NCBI GenBank assembly: GCA_048882505.1
Contig: JBHLRO010000003.1
Span: 15,157-79,156, forward strand
Direction: 5' to 3'
Source of the DNA: Candidatus Thorarchaeota archaeon
GTDB taxonomy: Archaea > Asgardarchaeota > Heimdallarchaeia > Hodarchaeales > Hodarchaeaceae
Length of the DNA stretch: 64,000 nucleotides
Shown here: positions 50,516 to 61,312 of the stretch, in pieces
Numbering within the stretch: the stretch's first letter is position 1
How the letters are laid out: the number at the start of each line of letters is the position of its first letter
Program-made: the position numbers and the translations under genes
The notes under the pieces: model-generated
Seen by the model: only the letters and a program-made list of their open reading frames with translations
The model's database searches: none
Told to the model about the DNA's origin: nothing

Positions 50516-51064
50516 GTGTTATTTGGAGGCTTGATTACGGCACTACAGCACGTGGCAGCGGCCATGACACAAAATAAATCTGAAATGCGGACGATAGAAA
50601 TTGAAGGATTAAGTTACCACATCAGGTCATTTGGTCTTGTTAGGGTAATTCTAGTTACTGATTTTTCTCAATCCCCTGAGACAATCATCCAAACGCTCGG
50701 GATGAGGTTCTTGAAGATTTATGGAGAACGCTTGTTATCAGATGAGATCTTGCTTGATCTTAACATCTTCCTACCATTCAAGAAAGTGATTTCTGAAATT
50801 CTAGGAGAGGAAATCGTCGACGGATCGAAATCCATAGTTCCTAGTAAGGCCTTAACAACGGGCGAGATTTACAGTCTTCCTCATGAACTTCAGGACGCTG
50901 CTCTAGCCTTGATTTCTCTCGGAGAGGCTGATGTCGCAACGATTGCTACAGAATGTCAAGCTACCCCTGATTTAGCTTTTAAAAAGTTAAAAAGACTCCA
51001 AGAGCTAGGTTATATTGGGAAAAAGGATATTGGTGGCCAAATGGTGTTCTTTTGCTCGATCTGA
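50516..51064 (+). CDS. hypothetical protein with C-terminal HTH-like segment; N-terminal motif shared with 61313..62593
   Basis: LFGGLITALQHVAA...TIEIEGLSYHIRSFGLVRVILVTD parallels LLGGLVHAISTFSD...TLNVIEREGKKIMFERGQEVEAILVAD in 61313..62593; C-terminal ATIATECQATPDLAFKKLKRLQELGYI. Confidence 0.35.
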   Translation: MLFGGLITALQHVAAAMTQNKSEMRTIEIEGLSYHIRSFGLVRVILVTDFSQSPETIIQTLGMRFLKIYGERLLSDEILLDLNIFLPFKKVISEILGEEIVDGSKSIVPSKALTTGEIYSLPHELQDAALALISLGEADVATIATECQATPDLAFKKLKRLQELGYIGKKDIGGQMVFFCSI

Positions 51065-51162
51065 ACTCTAAGCTTCCAAAAAAGATGCTTTTTACTATAT
51101 ACGGCAATTTTCTTCGTATATAGAATGCCATTTGGAAAACGATGTAAGAGCATCCTAAGGAT

Positions 51163-52131
51163 TTAGTGCAGCTTTGGACGTTGACGTTTGCTCCCCGTCC
51201 GTTCATGAACCAAATCATCTCTGAATCCTTCTTTTCCAATGTACATAGATTCAGAAAAAAGCTCACATGGATAGATATCCATCGTTCGATCTTTCAAAAA
51301 CCCACGAAGGTGATGGGGCAAATAGCCCACGATATTGGTAATTATTTCTTCAACATCCACTCGCAGACGATAATTTCTACGGAAAAAGCTGGTTATATTT
51401 ATGAGATCCGTCCTAAGAAACCTTACAGCCCTATCTATGCGTATTCGGATTGGAGTTTCAACAAAGGTTTTGCTGTTGTATTGAACAGACTGACTTACAT
51501 CCATTGTAACTAATTTTCCCTCTGAATTCACCATTAAGTTGTGTTCGCTGTAGTCTCCATGGATATATTTTCCATTGATAAATAAACGAGCTAGGATATC
51601 AATTGCTTCATCTAAGAAATCTCCAGGATCACCAAATGTTCGTAAATCGTAATCTTTGAGAAGAGGGGCAGGATTATACGATCCTCTCTTTTCTGGAATG
51701 AACTCCATCACGATAATATTGTCATTTAGAAAGTGAGGTTTGGGTGCAAGAACGTGTTTTGCCATTTCGGACAGGTTCCAAAACTCTTGCTTGGCTGCCA
51801 GGCAGGCCATATCGTTAGGTCGCACATGCTTGGTTCCCCGAATTCGCTTCTTAATTGTGCTAGTAAAATACCGAAAAACCTTACCACACGATAACTGACC
51901 ATTCTGGTTCTCTGCTAAAAGGACAGTTGCTTCCTTTCCTCCTCCGATGACCGAGAGTACCTTCTTTATTTTTCCTGTTGCGAGCAGCTGCGCTTTAGCG
52001 TCCGCGATGCGGACTTCCTGCAACTGCGTCCTTTGTATAGAAGAATGCCGGTATTCTTGCCGAAACGGCCCCGTTTTCTGATAACGCGTATAACCTAATC
52101 TTTGATTATGATCAGAGGATATTAGAACCAC
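51163..52131 (-). CDS. RIO-type serine/threonine protein kinase
   Basis: Gly-rich loop GGGKEATV, Lys in GKVFRY, hinge IVMEFI, catalytic loop IHGDYSEHNLMV, metal-binding MDVSQSV. Confidence 0.75.
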   Translation of the reverse strand: MVLISSDHNQRLGYTRYQKTGPFRQEYRHSSIQRTQLQEVRIADAKAQLLATGKIKKVLSVIGGGKEATVLLAENQNGQLSCGKVFRYFTSTIKKRIRGTKHVRPNDMACLAAKQEFWNLSEMAKHVLAPKPHFLNDNIIVMEFIPEKRGSYNPAPLLKDYDLRTFGDPGDFLDEAIDILARLFINGKYIHGDYSEHNLMVNSEGKLVTMDVSQSVQYNSKTFVETPIRIRIDRAVRFLRTDLINITSFFRRNYRLRVDVEEIITNIVGYLPHHLRGFLKDRTMDIYPCELFSESMYIGKEGFRDDLVHERTGSKRQRPKLH

Positions 52132-52760
52132 CTGAAATTTAGATAACTCTTTTTAAGTTCACCTGCAAACCATTCACCTATAAAGAATGGTGAGGTTATT
52201 TCACAAGATGTTGTATTGTGCTAGATTTAAAAATATTACTCTTTTATATAATCTATGATTCTGAAACGGGAGGCCCTCTTATTATACCGAAAAACAACAA
52301 ATTAGGCATCAATTCCAGTCTTTTATAAGCAGTCGTACCATCGAATGATACCCTAAGACCCCAGAAGGGCGTCTCCATCGGTGTTGGAATCTTGTTTCGT
52401 GCGACTCTAGGAATCCTGATCGGATCCTATTGCGAAGAGAGCAAACCCTCATTCCGTAGACTGCGCTAAGGCAAAATTAATTTACTAAAGCGATCCAATC
52501 ACGGTGTCTGACAACCCTTACGCACACAAATTCGTTCCCAATTATCTTCAATACACTCATTGGTACTCAGGCACCTCCATTTAGTTGGATCAAAGCTACT
52601 TCTCAATGGGAGATAGGTTTCATTGAGATTACGCCAGCCTCCCTTTAATTCCATAAATAGCTTTCTATAATGGCGAGAAAGTATTGAATAAACAGGCATT
52701 TTGGGGATTAATTCTCGAAACGCTCAATCCGGGGAATATGTTCTTTTCTCTTCCCCCTAT

Positions 52761-53867
52761 TTATCCCATAGCACAACGATTTGGACCAATTTCTAATTCT
52801 TGGATCTGATCAGGAGCTAAGAATAGTCGTCCGCAATTTATTTGAACTATGGTTCTGTAAGACGGCGGTTTCTGGATTTTTTTAATACTTTCAACCGCAC
52901 TCGTTACGAAAATATCCTTTTCAGTTTTATGAACAGGATCCTGAGTAAAATCTTCTATGGTAGTAATAATCGGTTTATGGAAGTGATCCATGGCGAACTT
53001 GCCATGATGGGCCGCAGCGATAAATTCGTTTGCCGGTAGTCTTGCGATTGTCGTAGTTAATGTGTGGAAAAGATCGCTAGCAAACTCTTCGACCTTGTCC
53101 GCGAGATCTGGTCTTCCGATACCGTCAGCAAAGACTGTATCACCAGTAAATATACCCTGATGCTTTATTCGAATTGTTGTTGATCCTTTAGTATGGCCAG
53201 GTGTATGCATTGCTATAATAGAGTAATTTCCAACTTGGATGGAATCATTATTTTGCATTGGGGTAAATTCGAAATCGAAAGGATCATACGTGGAGAGACG
53301 GAGTTCTGCATCCATTTTGCTAGACAGCTCACGAGCTCCGGAAACATGATCTGCATGGCAATGAGTATCGAGAACGTGCGTAACCGTTAAGCCTTCATTG
53401 TCAATATAAGCCAGGTATGGTTGGATGTCATAGACCGGGTCAATAACCACTGCTTCATCCTCATGCGAAACTATATAGGAAAGGCATCCCTTGGCGATTC
53501 TTCGAAATTGCGTAACGCGAAGATTGGGCTCCTTCGTTGGAATTTGAACCGGGTCAAGAACACTACTCCATTTTTTCAGACCACCACGTAGAGACCGGGC
53601 ATTTATCCCTTGGGAGCGAAGAATTTTTGCCGCCATGGCGGAATCGTTACCACGTGTGCAGATAGTGACGATGTTTCTGTTTTTGAATTCGGTTCCAAGT
53701 TCTCGCTTCTCGAATAGCTCCCGGAGTGGCATGTTTTGGCTATCTAATAGGTTCCAGTCATAAAAGGCCTGGGGAGATCTAACATCGATAAGAGCCAGAT
53801 CTTCCTGCGCTTGGAGCTTATCGTGTAGTTCCTTGGCCGAGATTTCCAGAGCTGGATCAAGGTTCAT
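52761..53867 (-). CDS. rhodanese-domain / metallo-beta-lactamase-fold fusion protein (persulfide dioxygenase-like)
   Basis: N-terminal rhodanese domain with active-site Cys (IVTICTRGNDS); C-terminal MBL fold with H-x-H-x-D-H (THCHADHVSG) and downstream His/Asp ligands. Confidence 0.7.
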   Translation of the reverse strand: MNLDPALEISAKELHDKLQAQEDLALIDVRSPQAFYDWNLLDSQNMPLRELFEKRELGTEFKNRNIVTICTRGNDSAMAAKILRSQGINARSLRGGLKKWSSVLDPVQIPTKEPNLRVTQFRRIAKGCLSYIVSHEDEAVVIDPVYDIQPYLAYIDNEGLTVTHVLDTHCHADHVSGARELSSKMDAELRLSTYDPFDFEFTPMQNNDSIQVGNYSIIAMHTPGHTKGSTTIRIKHQGIFTGDTVFADGIGRPDLADKVEEFASDLFHTLTTTIARLPANEFIAAAHHGKFAMDHFHKPIITTIEDFTQDPVHKTEKDIFVTSAVESIKKIQKPPSYRTIVQINCGRLFLAPDQIQELEIGPNRCAMG

Positions 53868-54454
53868 ATGCTAAGCTCCGATTTTTTTTTGTTAAAAGTT
53901 TGCTTTGCTTTATCCAAAATAGGTCATCAAAAGAAGCCATTATGGTGTTATTAACCGTCATTGCATCCGTTTTGTCCGCCATTACCTCCTTCAATATCGC
54001 CTTCAATTCCACCTTTTCCCAATATGTTTTTTATCTTGTTAACTCCTTTTCCCAGATAATCAGTATTATTATCCACATATAGCAGAACAGCAGCGCCTCC
54101 TCGGAGAACTGTTGCGGGTGTTATCAAAACCAAAAGGGGATGTGGGGGAGACACGGGAACTGAGGTAGTAAAAGGGGGTACAGTTTGCTGTGTATACAGT
54201 AATTCGACTGATCCCACGGCTACATTCAGATTGTATGAAGTAATCAGTCCTATATCCATTGAAACCCGAAAATGCAAATTGAAGGTTTTTTACTCGCCTA
54301 TATTTTCGCAAACAACCGTATATTCTCCTGAAGAAATGAACCAATTTGGTTCTTTTATTTCAAAAATAATTGTATTTGACAACGTCAAAAATCTAGTCTC
54401 TGGCGAAAAAGAAAATTAACCTGACCTTTTCTGATATCAATTGAGGTAGCTGGT

Positions 54455-55900
54455 TTGCTGAACACCGTTGAAGAATGGTTGGAAACCCATTCCCAGAAAT
54501 TTATTGCCATAAGTGACAGAATATGGGAATATGCCGAAATTGGATTATTAGAAGGGAAATCCGCAAGTTTACTGATTTCAATTTTGAAAGAAGCTGGATT
54601 TCAAGTCAAAAAGGGGCTTGCAAATATGCCGACGGCCTTTATTGCAACATACGGGACAGAAAAACCTGTTATTGCAATCTTGGGGGAATTTGACGCATTA
54701 CCTGGTCTTAGTCAAGAAAGAATACCGAGAAAAAAACCCGTAAGAGAGGGAAACCCAGGACATGGATGTGGTCACAACCTCTTGGGAGTCGCAGGCTTGG
54801 CAGCCGCCTTGGCGATTAAGGAAGTAATCCAGACGAAGAATATCAAAGGAACGATTAGTTATTATGGATGTCCTGCCGAGGAGAACGCTGATGCTAAAGG
54901 AGGCCTTGTTAAAGAAGGATACTTTAAAGATGTGGACATATCCTTAACCTGGCACCCCTCTGATCTTAATCATATCTATTCAACAAATTTCCAGGCTATA
55001 TATTCTGCGGTTTTCAAATTCCAAGGCCGATCTGCTCACGCGGCTGCTGATCCATTCAGCGGTCGATCCGCACTCGATGCGGTCGAGTTGATGAATATAG
55101 GCTGTAATTATCTTCGTGAACATATAATTCCAGGAGGCCAAGTCCATTACACAATCACAAAAGGAGGAGAGGCCCCCAATATCGTCCCAGACCAAGCGGA
55201 GGTATGGTATTTCGTTAGAGCACCCAACCTAAATCAAGTACGAGAAATTTATGATCGCGTGGTAAAAGTTGCAGAAGGAGCCGCATTAATGACAGAAACC
55301 GAGGTAGAGGTAGAATTCCACGGCGGATCAGCTAATCTCTTGCCCAATATTGCTCTCGAAAACTTGCTGTACGGGAAAATGAGAGAAATCGGCGCACCAT
55401 CCTATGATCCAGACGACTATCAATTTGCGGCAGAAATTCAGAGTACTTTAGAAGCCAATTATTTCGATAACTACCTAACAACAATGCCTCAAGACATGAA
55501 GAAAGAAGTGGAGCAGTTACGTGAACTTAAGCTTTGTGATAGAGTTCTTCCAATTGTAGGTCGGGGAATTACCATGCCAGGATCTACCGATGTCGGTGAT
55601 GTCAGTTGGGTAACTCCATTGGCACAATTTGGAACTGCATGTTCCGTTATTGGTACACCGGGCCATTCTTGGCAATTTGTTGCGCAAGCAGGTATGAGTA
55701 TTGGCCATAAAGGGATGTTATTTGCTTCAAAAGTTTTGGTTCTATCGGCGTTGGAGCTAATGCAAAACCCAGATTTGGTTGAAGAAGCTCGTCGAGAGTT
55801 TAACAAGAAAATAAAGAAAACACCTTATATTAGTCCCCTAGCGGATGATTGGAAACCTCCATTGGAACATATTCGGAAGACTTTTGGCAAAAAAATCTGA
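54455..55900 (+). CDS. M20-family amidohydrolase (AbgB/aminoacylase-like)
   Basis: 481 aa; GHGCGHNLLG metal-binding region, DAKGG, QGRSAHAA and later His/Glu ligands consistent with M20D-type amidohydrolases. Confidence 0.6.
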   Translation: MLNTVEEWLETHSQKFIAISDRIWEYAEIGLLEGKSASLLISILKEAGFQVKKGLANMPTAFIATYGTEKPVIAILGEFDALPGLSQERIPRKKPVREGNPGHGCGHNLLGVAGLAAALAIKEVIQTKNIKGTISYYGCPAEENADAKGGLVKEGYFKDVDISLTWHPSDLNHIYSTNFQAIYSAVFKFQGRSAHAAADPFSGRSALDAVELMNIGCNYLREHIIPGGQVHYTITKGGEAPNIVPDQAEVWYFVRAPNLNQVREIYDRVVKVAEGAALMTETEVEVEFHGGSANLLPNIALENLLYGKMREIGAPSYDPDDYQFAAEIQSTLEANYFDNYLTTMPQDMKKEVEQLRELKLCDRVLPIVGRGITMPGSTDVGDVSWVTPLAQFGTACSVIGTPGHSWQFVAQAGMSIGHKGMLFASKVLVLSALELMQNPDLVEEARREFNKKIKKTPYISPLADDWKPPLEHIRKTFGKKI

Positions 55901-55969
55901 TGCTTGATTACGAAAAAGTAGAATAAAAGAAGGAGATTGAAAGGTATGCTTCACAAATCATTATGAAGG

Positions 55970-56941
55970 CTACCTTTCTTTGATAGGACAATACAGATCC
56001 AGAATGAGATTTTCAGGCGAAGCTCGAGGGTTAAGTGCCCTTTCTAAGCAGGGAAATTCACCAAAATCATATTCCTTTGATTCTTTGACCCACTCACCCA
56101 ATTGTTTCCAAGCGGGAATTATATTGTCGTCGTTTACTATCAATCTTGTCGTAGTTACGGCATATAATCCTCCTGAAAACTCTTTTACCTCAATTTCCCC
56201 TTCAGGTTCGATTTCAGGTTCAACTCTTACCCAGAATTCATACCCGTATTCTTCCTTACCTGGCGAGGGATCCGGATTATTGAATCCAAAAACCGGATGT
56301 TTTTCAAGATCATCAAACAGCCCTAGTTTTTCGGCCCAAGGTTGAATTTTCTTCCAGGCATCATTTTCCGGACTCTTACTTATCGCTTGTACACTTGCTA
56401 CCCGCATAGGATCGAGCTCAACAATTCGAACGTCCAGATTGCTTACATCAATGGATTTCATGGTATCATCTCCATACGTTGTATAGCGCCCAATCAAGCG
56501 CTGGATTTTTTCCAACCTTTCTTGTTCACGAAGTTTAATTTCCAAGAAACTTCGAGCGTAATACTCTAGGATGCTTTCACCGTCAAATGATAATCTGTAC
56601 ACGCCTCTTTCTAGTTTTTGAACCAGATTCTTGGAGATCAGGACGTTGAGATGATTTCCAAGGGCACTTTTTTGGAGTTCAGTCTTTTCCTGTAAATCAG
56701 CGAATGTTTTAGGTTCGGATGCCATCAGTGTAAGGATCTGTAATCTTTGAGGATGATCAATCGCCTTGAGAAGGGAAACCATCTCGTCAAGTGATTCTAG
56801 AACAAACCGTTGCATCGCAACACGTGACTCGAAAGGTGGATCACCCATACGTATTTCTCCTCCGTTTATATCAATGGTTTCTGGAATTATTAAACTTTTG
56901 GAAAGTTTAACAACGGGAAGACGTGAATATAAGCATTTCAT
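55970..56941 (-). CDS. transcriptional regulator: ArsR-like wHTH with C-terminal GyrI-like effector-binding domain (tentative)
   Basis: HPQRLQILTLMASEPKTFADLQEKTELQKSALGNHLNVLISKNLV is an ArsR-type HTH; C-terminal about 170 aa beta-rich domain; divergent to DMT transporter gene. Confidence 0.5.
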   Translation of the reverse strand: MKCLYSRLPVVKLSKSLIIPETIDINGGEIRMGDPPFESRVAMQRFVLESLDEMVSLLKAIDHPQRLQILTLMASEPKTFADLQEKTELQKSALGNHLNVLISKNLVQKLERGVYRLSFDGESILEYYARSFLEIKLREQERLEKIQRLIGRYTTYGDDTMKSIDVSNLDVRIVELDPMRVASVQAISKSPENDAWKKIQPWAEKLGLFDDLEKHPVFGFNNPDPSPGKEEYGYEFWVRVEPEIEPEGEIEVKEFSGGLYAVTTTRLIVNDDNIIPAWKQLGEWVKESKEYDFGEFPCLERALNPRASPENLILDLYCPIKER

Positions 56942-57030
56942 GAATACTTGAATACTTGAATATTATACCAAAAAAGGATCTCTTTTAAACACGCAGAAGT
57001 TTCGTAAGGTACACAAATTACGGAGGAGTA

Positions 57031-57966
57031 ATGTCGCAGAATCTTACAAGAGCGTATTTAGGAGTGAGTTTTGCAATATTTGGGTGGGGACTTTCCACTA
57101 CATTTGTAGAGTTTGGATTAGAATTTATAGCACCTCTACCGTTTTTGACGCTTAGATTTTTTACGGCCACAGCAATTATTACCCCTATTGTCATCACGAC
57201 GCGATGGTCAGAGGTTAAGGAATTGTTACTTAATGGGGGCGTCTGGTTGATTGCGATTTTCGAAGTTACGGGATTGATTTTCCAGTATATCGGTCAACAG
57301 AGCGTTCCAGCAGGATTGTCATCCCTGCTAACCATGATGAATATCCTTCTTGTTCCGTTTTTGGCACGAATGGTTCTTCGGGAAAACCTGCAGATTTTCA
57401 ATATTACTGCGGTTTTGTTGGGAATGTTAGGAGTTTTTTTCATTGTTAGTGAAACATATCCCAGCAATGGTATGTCTTCTGGTCCCAATTTTATTTATGG
57501 GGTACTTTTCCTCCTTGGATCGGCATCGAGTTATGCGTTTTATCAAATTGTAACTAAGCGTACCACATCGGTTACAAACCCCGACGTCGATACATTGTCA
57601 TTATTCTTTGTTGTTATGTTGTTAATCTCTTTGATGAGTTTAAGTGTTACCATCGTCTTATCAAACTTCGTGGTAACGCGCCTAGTTAACTTTCAGACGC
57701 CTGCGTGGCTTTGGATCTTCCTACTCGCAATATTTTCTACTATTATCGCCTTTATAGGGCATTTTGAATCTACCAAGGGGATACAGGCCAACGTTCTTTC
57801 CATATTGCTTCTATTCCAATTCGTGATTCCTGTTATCATTGATATAGCCTTTCTCGAAATCTCTTATGGTATATCGACGATCATTGGAGGAGGCTTAATC
57901 GTTTTTGCGATGTTCATAGTTGTGTATTTCCCGTATCGAAAAAGGAGTCGTGTTATGCCCTATTAG
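57031..57966 (+). CDS. DMT-superfamily (EamA-like) transporter
   Basis: 311 aa, 10 hydrophobic helices in two 5-TM halves. Confidence 0.6.
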   Translation: MSQNLTRAYLGVSFAIFGWGLSTTFVEFGLEFIAPLPFLTLRFFTATAIITPIVITTRWSEVKELLLNGGVWLIAIFEVTGLIFQYIGQQSVPAGLSSLLTMMNILLVPFLARMVLRENLQIFNITAVLLGMLGVFFIVSETYPSNGMSSGPNFIYGVLFLLGSASSYAFYQIVTKRTTSVTNPDVDTLSLFFVVMLLISLMSLSVTIVLSNFVVTRLVNFQTPAWLWIFLLAIFSTIIAFIGHFESTKGIQANVLSILLLFQFVIPVIIDIAFLEISYGISTIIGGGLIVFAMFIVVYFPYRKRSRVMPY

Positions 57967-58908
57967 CGCCATATTGCGAACAATCTCCTTCAAACGCTCT
58001 CCTGCTTTGGCAAGTTCCTTTTTCAATCATGGGCGCAGAGGGTGCCTCATCAAAGGGGATCTCTTAGCCACTATGAGACTTATTCACGCCATATAAGTCC
58101 ATCTTTGAAGTCTTGCTGGTGGCGTAGTTGTACCGAATATTGACAGTCTCTCCAATTTCCCCTGAGCTGGGTACCCTATACATCACCCTGTATCTAAAAA
58201 GGCGATGTTTACTCCTATAAAAAACCTCGTATTCTATCAGATTCAATTGCCAAGATTGAGTCTTAAATGTAAGAGTCGTATTATATTATATTCGTCGTCT
58301 TTTGATTTCCGCCGTCTCTTGGTTGATGAATTTTGAGGAAGCATTTTATTGAAGATTTTCTCTTCTTCAACAGTATTCTTTTTATGACCCATTGGTCTCC
58401 GCTCTTTCTGGATTTATATTGAACTCCGCATGTAATAAACATTTCCATCACCGAAACTCAGCGCTCAAAATGGAATTCAAACGGGGATTCAAGGGATATG
58501 GGAGGAGGAAAGAGACTGATCCAGATGTTCCTGCGGATATTAGGTACATTGTGTAACCTTCTTGCGAGGTAGGGCAATATTTGGCAATATTGAGAAATAC
58601 TCGAAGAATCTATTCAAAGGGAATTTCAGACCCCTTGTTGATTAAACATCCTCACATTTACAGCATGTTTTTCTTTCATTGGGAGTAGAATCAATCTACA
58701 GGACTTATACCGTGATAGTGATACCAAGTAGATTATTACTGAAAGAATCACTCATCCTTTGATATCTGACGAGGTTCGATGGCTTTTCACTATATTTAAA
58801 TGATTCTTGACATGAGTCTCATTAATCAACCATTGGAGGTTTTTAACTCTGAAAGAAGGGCTTGTTAAGCGGATTGACACGAATTATACCCAAAGAATAC
58901 TAAAAGAC

Positions 58909-60045
58909 ATGATCCGAATTAATTCGATCGTTGGATTAGAACTGGAATTAGCGAACTACCTCCAAAACGAACTAGATGCACTCGGATTAACGTGTAGGAT
59001 GGAAGAGATTGAGCCCAAGCGTCCAAATGTGTATGCTTTTCTGGGGGGTTCAAAGCCAGGAAAAAAACTGAATTTCAATGGCCATATGGACACCGTCCCG
59101 GTTGTGGAAGATTGGGATACTGATCCATTTAATCCAGTAATTTCAGATGGAAAATTATATGGATTGGGTTCTTGTGATATGAAGGCGGGAATCGCCTGTA
59201 TCCTTACAATGATAAAAGCATTTGTCGAAGAGGAGCATCAATTTCAAGGGCAATTATCCTTTTCGGCCGTAATCGACGAGGAAGCATATGGAAAGGGGGC
59301 CAAAGCGATGCTTAAATCGGAATTAGCTAATGTTGATGCGATTGTATTGGCAGAACCATTCCCTGGGAATGAATCGAAACCCATTCCACTGGGAATAACT
59401 GGCAAGGTTCTATACGACGTTCATGTTCACGGAAAGGCTGCCCATGGATTTCAGCCTGAACTTGGAGTCAATGCAATTGAGGAACTTAGTAAAATACTGG
59501 TAAATTTAGATCGACTAAGTTTCGAAGTCCATTCGGAATTTGGTAAAGGAAACTACTCCACCTTAAAAATCGAAGGAGGTTACCGAGAAATCTATTCAGT
59601 TGTTGTTCCTGCTATCGCACGAGCGGAAATTAATCGTTTGCTCGTTCCCGGAGAAACGGTTCGAACGGCCATAACCGATATGAAGAATCTAGTGAACTCC
59701 CTTGATTTATCTGCGAAGGTGGAAGTCAAAACAAAGCCTCCTCGTTATGAATCCTTTGTTTTAGATAAAGAGGAGTTGATTTTCCAGATTTTAAACCCAA
59801 TATATGCCGAAATTATGGGAAAAGCCCCCCGATATGGATATACATCGGGGATTACTGATGCAAACATATTCGCAGGAGAGGGAGGTATCCCTTGTCTCCA
59901 TTTAGGACCGCCCCAAGTTGTAGCGCATCAAAAAAACGAATTTGTATCATTAGAATGGCTACCGGCGCTTTCCAAAATGTATACATTAATTGCAGCACGA
60001 TTTCTGTCAGGAGAAAGATTACTAGGAACTGAAATTCGAACTTGA
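58909..60045 (+). CDS. M20A-family metallopeptidase/deacylase (ArgE/DapE-like)
   Basis: HMDTVPV, GSCDMKAGIA, EEAYGKG, and HGKAAHG motifs typical of ArgE/DapE/carboxypeptidase G2 family. Confidence 0.7.
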   Translation: MIRINSIVGLELELANYLQNELDALGLTCRMEEIEPKRPNVYAFLGGSKPGKKLNFNGHMDTVPVVEDWDTDPFNPVISDGKLYGLGSCDMKAGIACILTMIKAFVEEEHQFQGQLSFSAVIDEEAYGKGAKAMLKSELANVDAIVLAEPFPGNESKPIPLGITGKVLYDVHVHGKAAHGFQPELGVNAIEELSKILVNLDRLSFEVHSEFGKGNYSTLKIEGGYREIYSVVVPAIARAEINRLLVPGETVRTAITDMKNLVNSLDLSAKVEVKTKPPRYESFVLDKEELIFQILNPIYAEIMGKAPRYGYTSGITDANIFAGEGGIPCLHLGPPQVVAHQKNEFVSLEWLPALSKMYTLIAARFLSGERLLGTEIRT

Positions 60046-60061
60046 TGAAATTTGTCACATT

Positions 60062-60733
60062 ATGATAAGCGTGGACTATTCAATGACCTTGGAAATAAGG
60101 TACCTACCTATAACAGCAGATCAATGGTTTCCGGATCGGTGTTTAAGTATAAAACAACCTCTTAGCGTTTATAGGATCAAACCTGAGACGGGATGTCCAA
60201 GTTTATCATTGTTTTATACTCAGGGAGATCGCAAAATTCTTGAAGATCTGTATCAAGGTGCTCTGGAACGGTATGGATGTTGTGGTCACCTAGCCTGGCA
60301 AGGTGACCAAGTAATAGGATTTAACACATTTTTTCCGTGGGAATTATCGCGTCGTATCAAGTTTTATGGGTGGGGTAGCGATCAGATAAAGGCCCCAGGA
60401 GAAACATTAATTCATAACTGCATTTCTTTGATCAATCATTCTAAATATCGTAGAAAGCAGATCGGATCCAATCTGATTAAGTACTCATTGAATTGGGGAA
60501 GGAACAATGGTTGGAAAAGATTTGAGGTTTATAATGTCCTACCCAACAATAACGAGGCGTTTACAAGTGAACAAAAATCCTGCGTATCATTTTGGGAAAA
60601 GTTAGGATTCTCTGTATTTCATACCGAAAAAGCCTCAGATGAGCTAAACAAACTCTACAACATACATAGAGTGTTTTACATGTATATTGGCCTTCAAGAT
60701 AATCCGAAATTGGACAAAATCTTGGCCCTTTAA
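60062..60733 (+). CDS. GNAT-like acetyltransferase (tentative)
   Basis: RRKQIGSNLIKYSLNWGRNNGWKRFEV...FWEKLGF resembles GNAT motif A and the C-terminal beta strand. Confidence 0.4.
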   Translation: MISVDYSMTLEIRYLPITADQWFPDRCLSIKQPLSVYRIKPETGCPSLSLFYTQGDRKILEDLYQGALERYGCCGHLAWQGDQVIGFNTFFPWELSRRIKFYGWGSDQIKAPGETLIHNCISLINHSKYRRKQIGSNLIKYSLNWGRNNGWKRFEVYNVLPNNNEAFTSEQKSCVSFWEKLGFSVFHTEKASDELNKLYNIHRVFYMYIGLQDNPKLDKILAL

Positions 60734-60943
60734 TAACGGACTCTTCATGAGGGATCTATTGCACAAGCGAAGACACTTGCGTGTTAACGGGTTTAACAGG
60801 TAAATCGCCATTTTTATCAGGATTTGGATAACCTATTTACATCCCTTTTTATAGGAAATTGACTGAATTTAATAATTGAGAGAGATACCTTCTCTCGGAT
60901 TTACCGTTTCACGACATAATGATTTCTTAGGGTTGATGAATCA

Positions 60944-61279
60944 ATGGACGAGTTTGATCTAATCCGAATTGCTCTATTTGGCATTTGCATGATGATTAGT
61001 ATTGTCACCATCTTGAAACAAACAAGACTGTCCGGTGTGTTTGGAACGAGTAATAAATTGATCAGTACAGGCGTTCTAATGCTATCCATAACTTTTCTTA
61101 CTCAAACCATTTATGCATTCATAGGGATTCAGGATCCCATTTGGCATCCTATAATTCAGCTCGTTTTACTCATGAGTACCTCTTTGGGATTAGGTCTTAT
61201 CTTTTTTGGATTATGGAAAGTTACCTTATTCTTCGACGAGCTACACAATCAGGCAGTAGGATCTCCTAGTTCGACTTAG
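60944..61279 (+). CDS. small membrane protein (hypothetical)
   Basis: 111 aa, 3 hydrophobic helices; no family recognised. Confidence 0.3.
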   Translation: MDEFDLIRIALFGICMMISIVTILKQTRLSGVFGTSNKLISTGVLMLSITFLTQTIYAFIGIQDPIWHPIIQLVLLMSTSLGLGLIFFGLWKVTLFFDELHNQAVGSPSST

Positions 61280-61312
61280 GCCTAAGAATTGTCAAGTTAA
61301 GAGGTTTAATCA

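Noticed and set aside
52499-52699. 66-aa Cys-containing minus-strand ORF in the 52.1-52.8 kb gap
   Set aside because: Cannot distinguish a real small protein from chance ORF in a possibly structured RNA region; reported only as part of the gap finding.
57900-58030. Helical-looking peptide (KELAKAGERLKEIVRNMA) read on minus strand
   Set aside because: It is the antisense of the 3' end of the DMT transporter gene; apparent coding quality is a mirror artefact.
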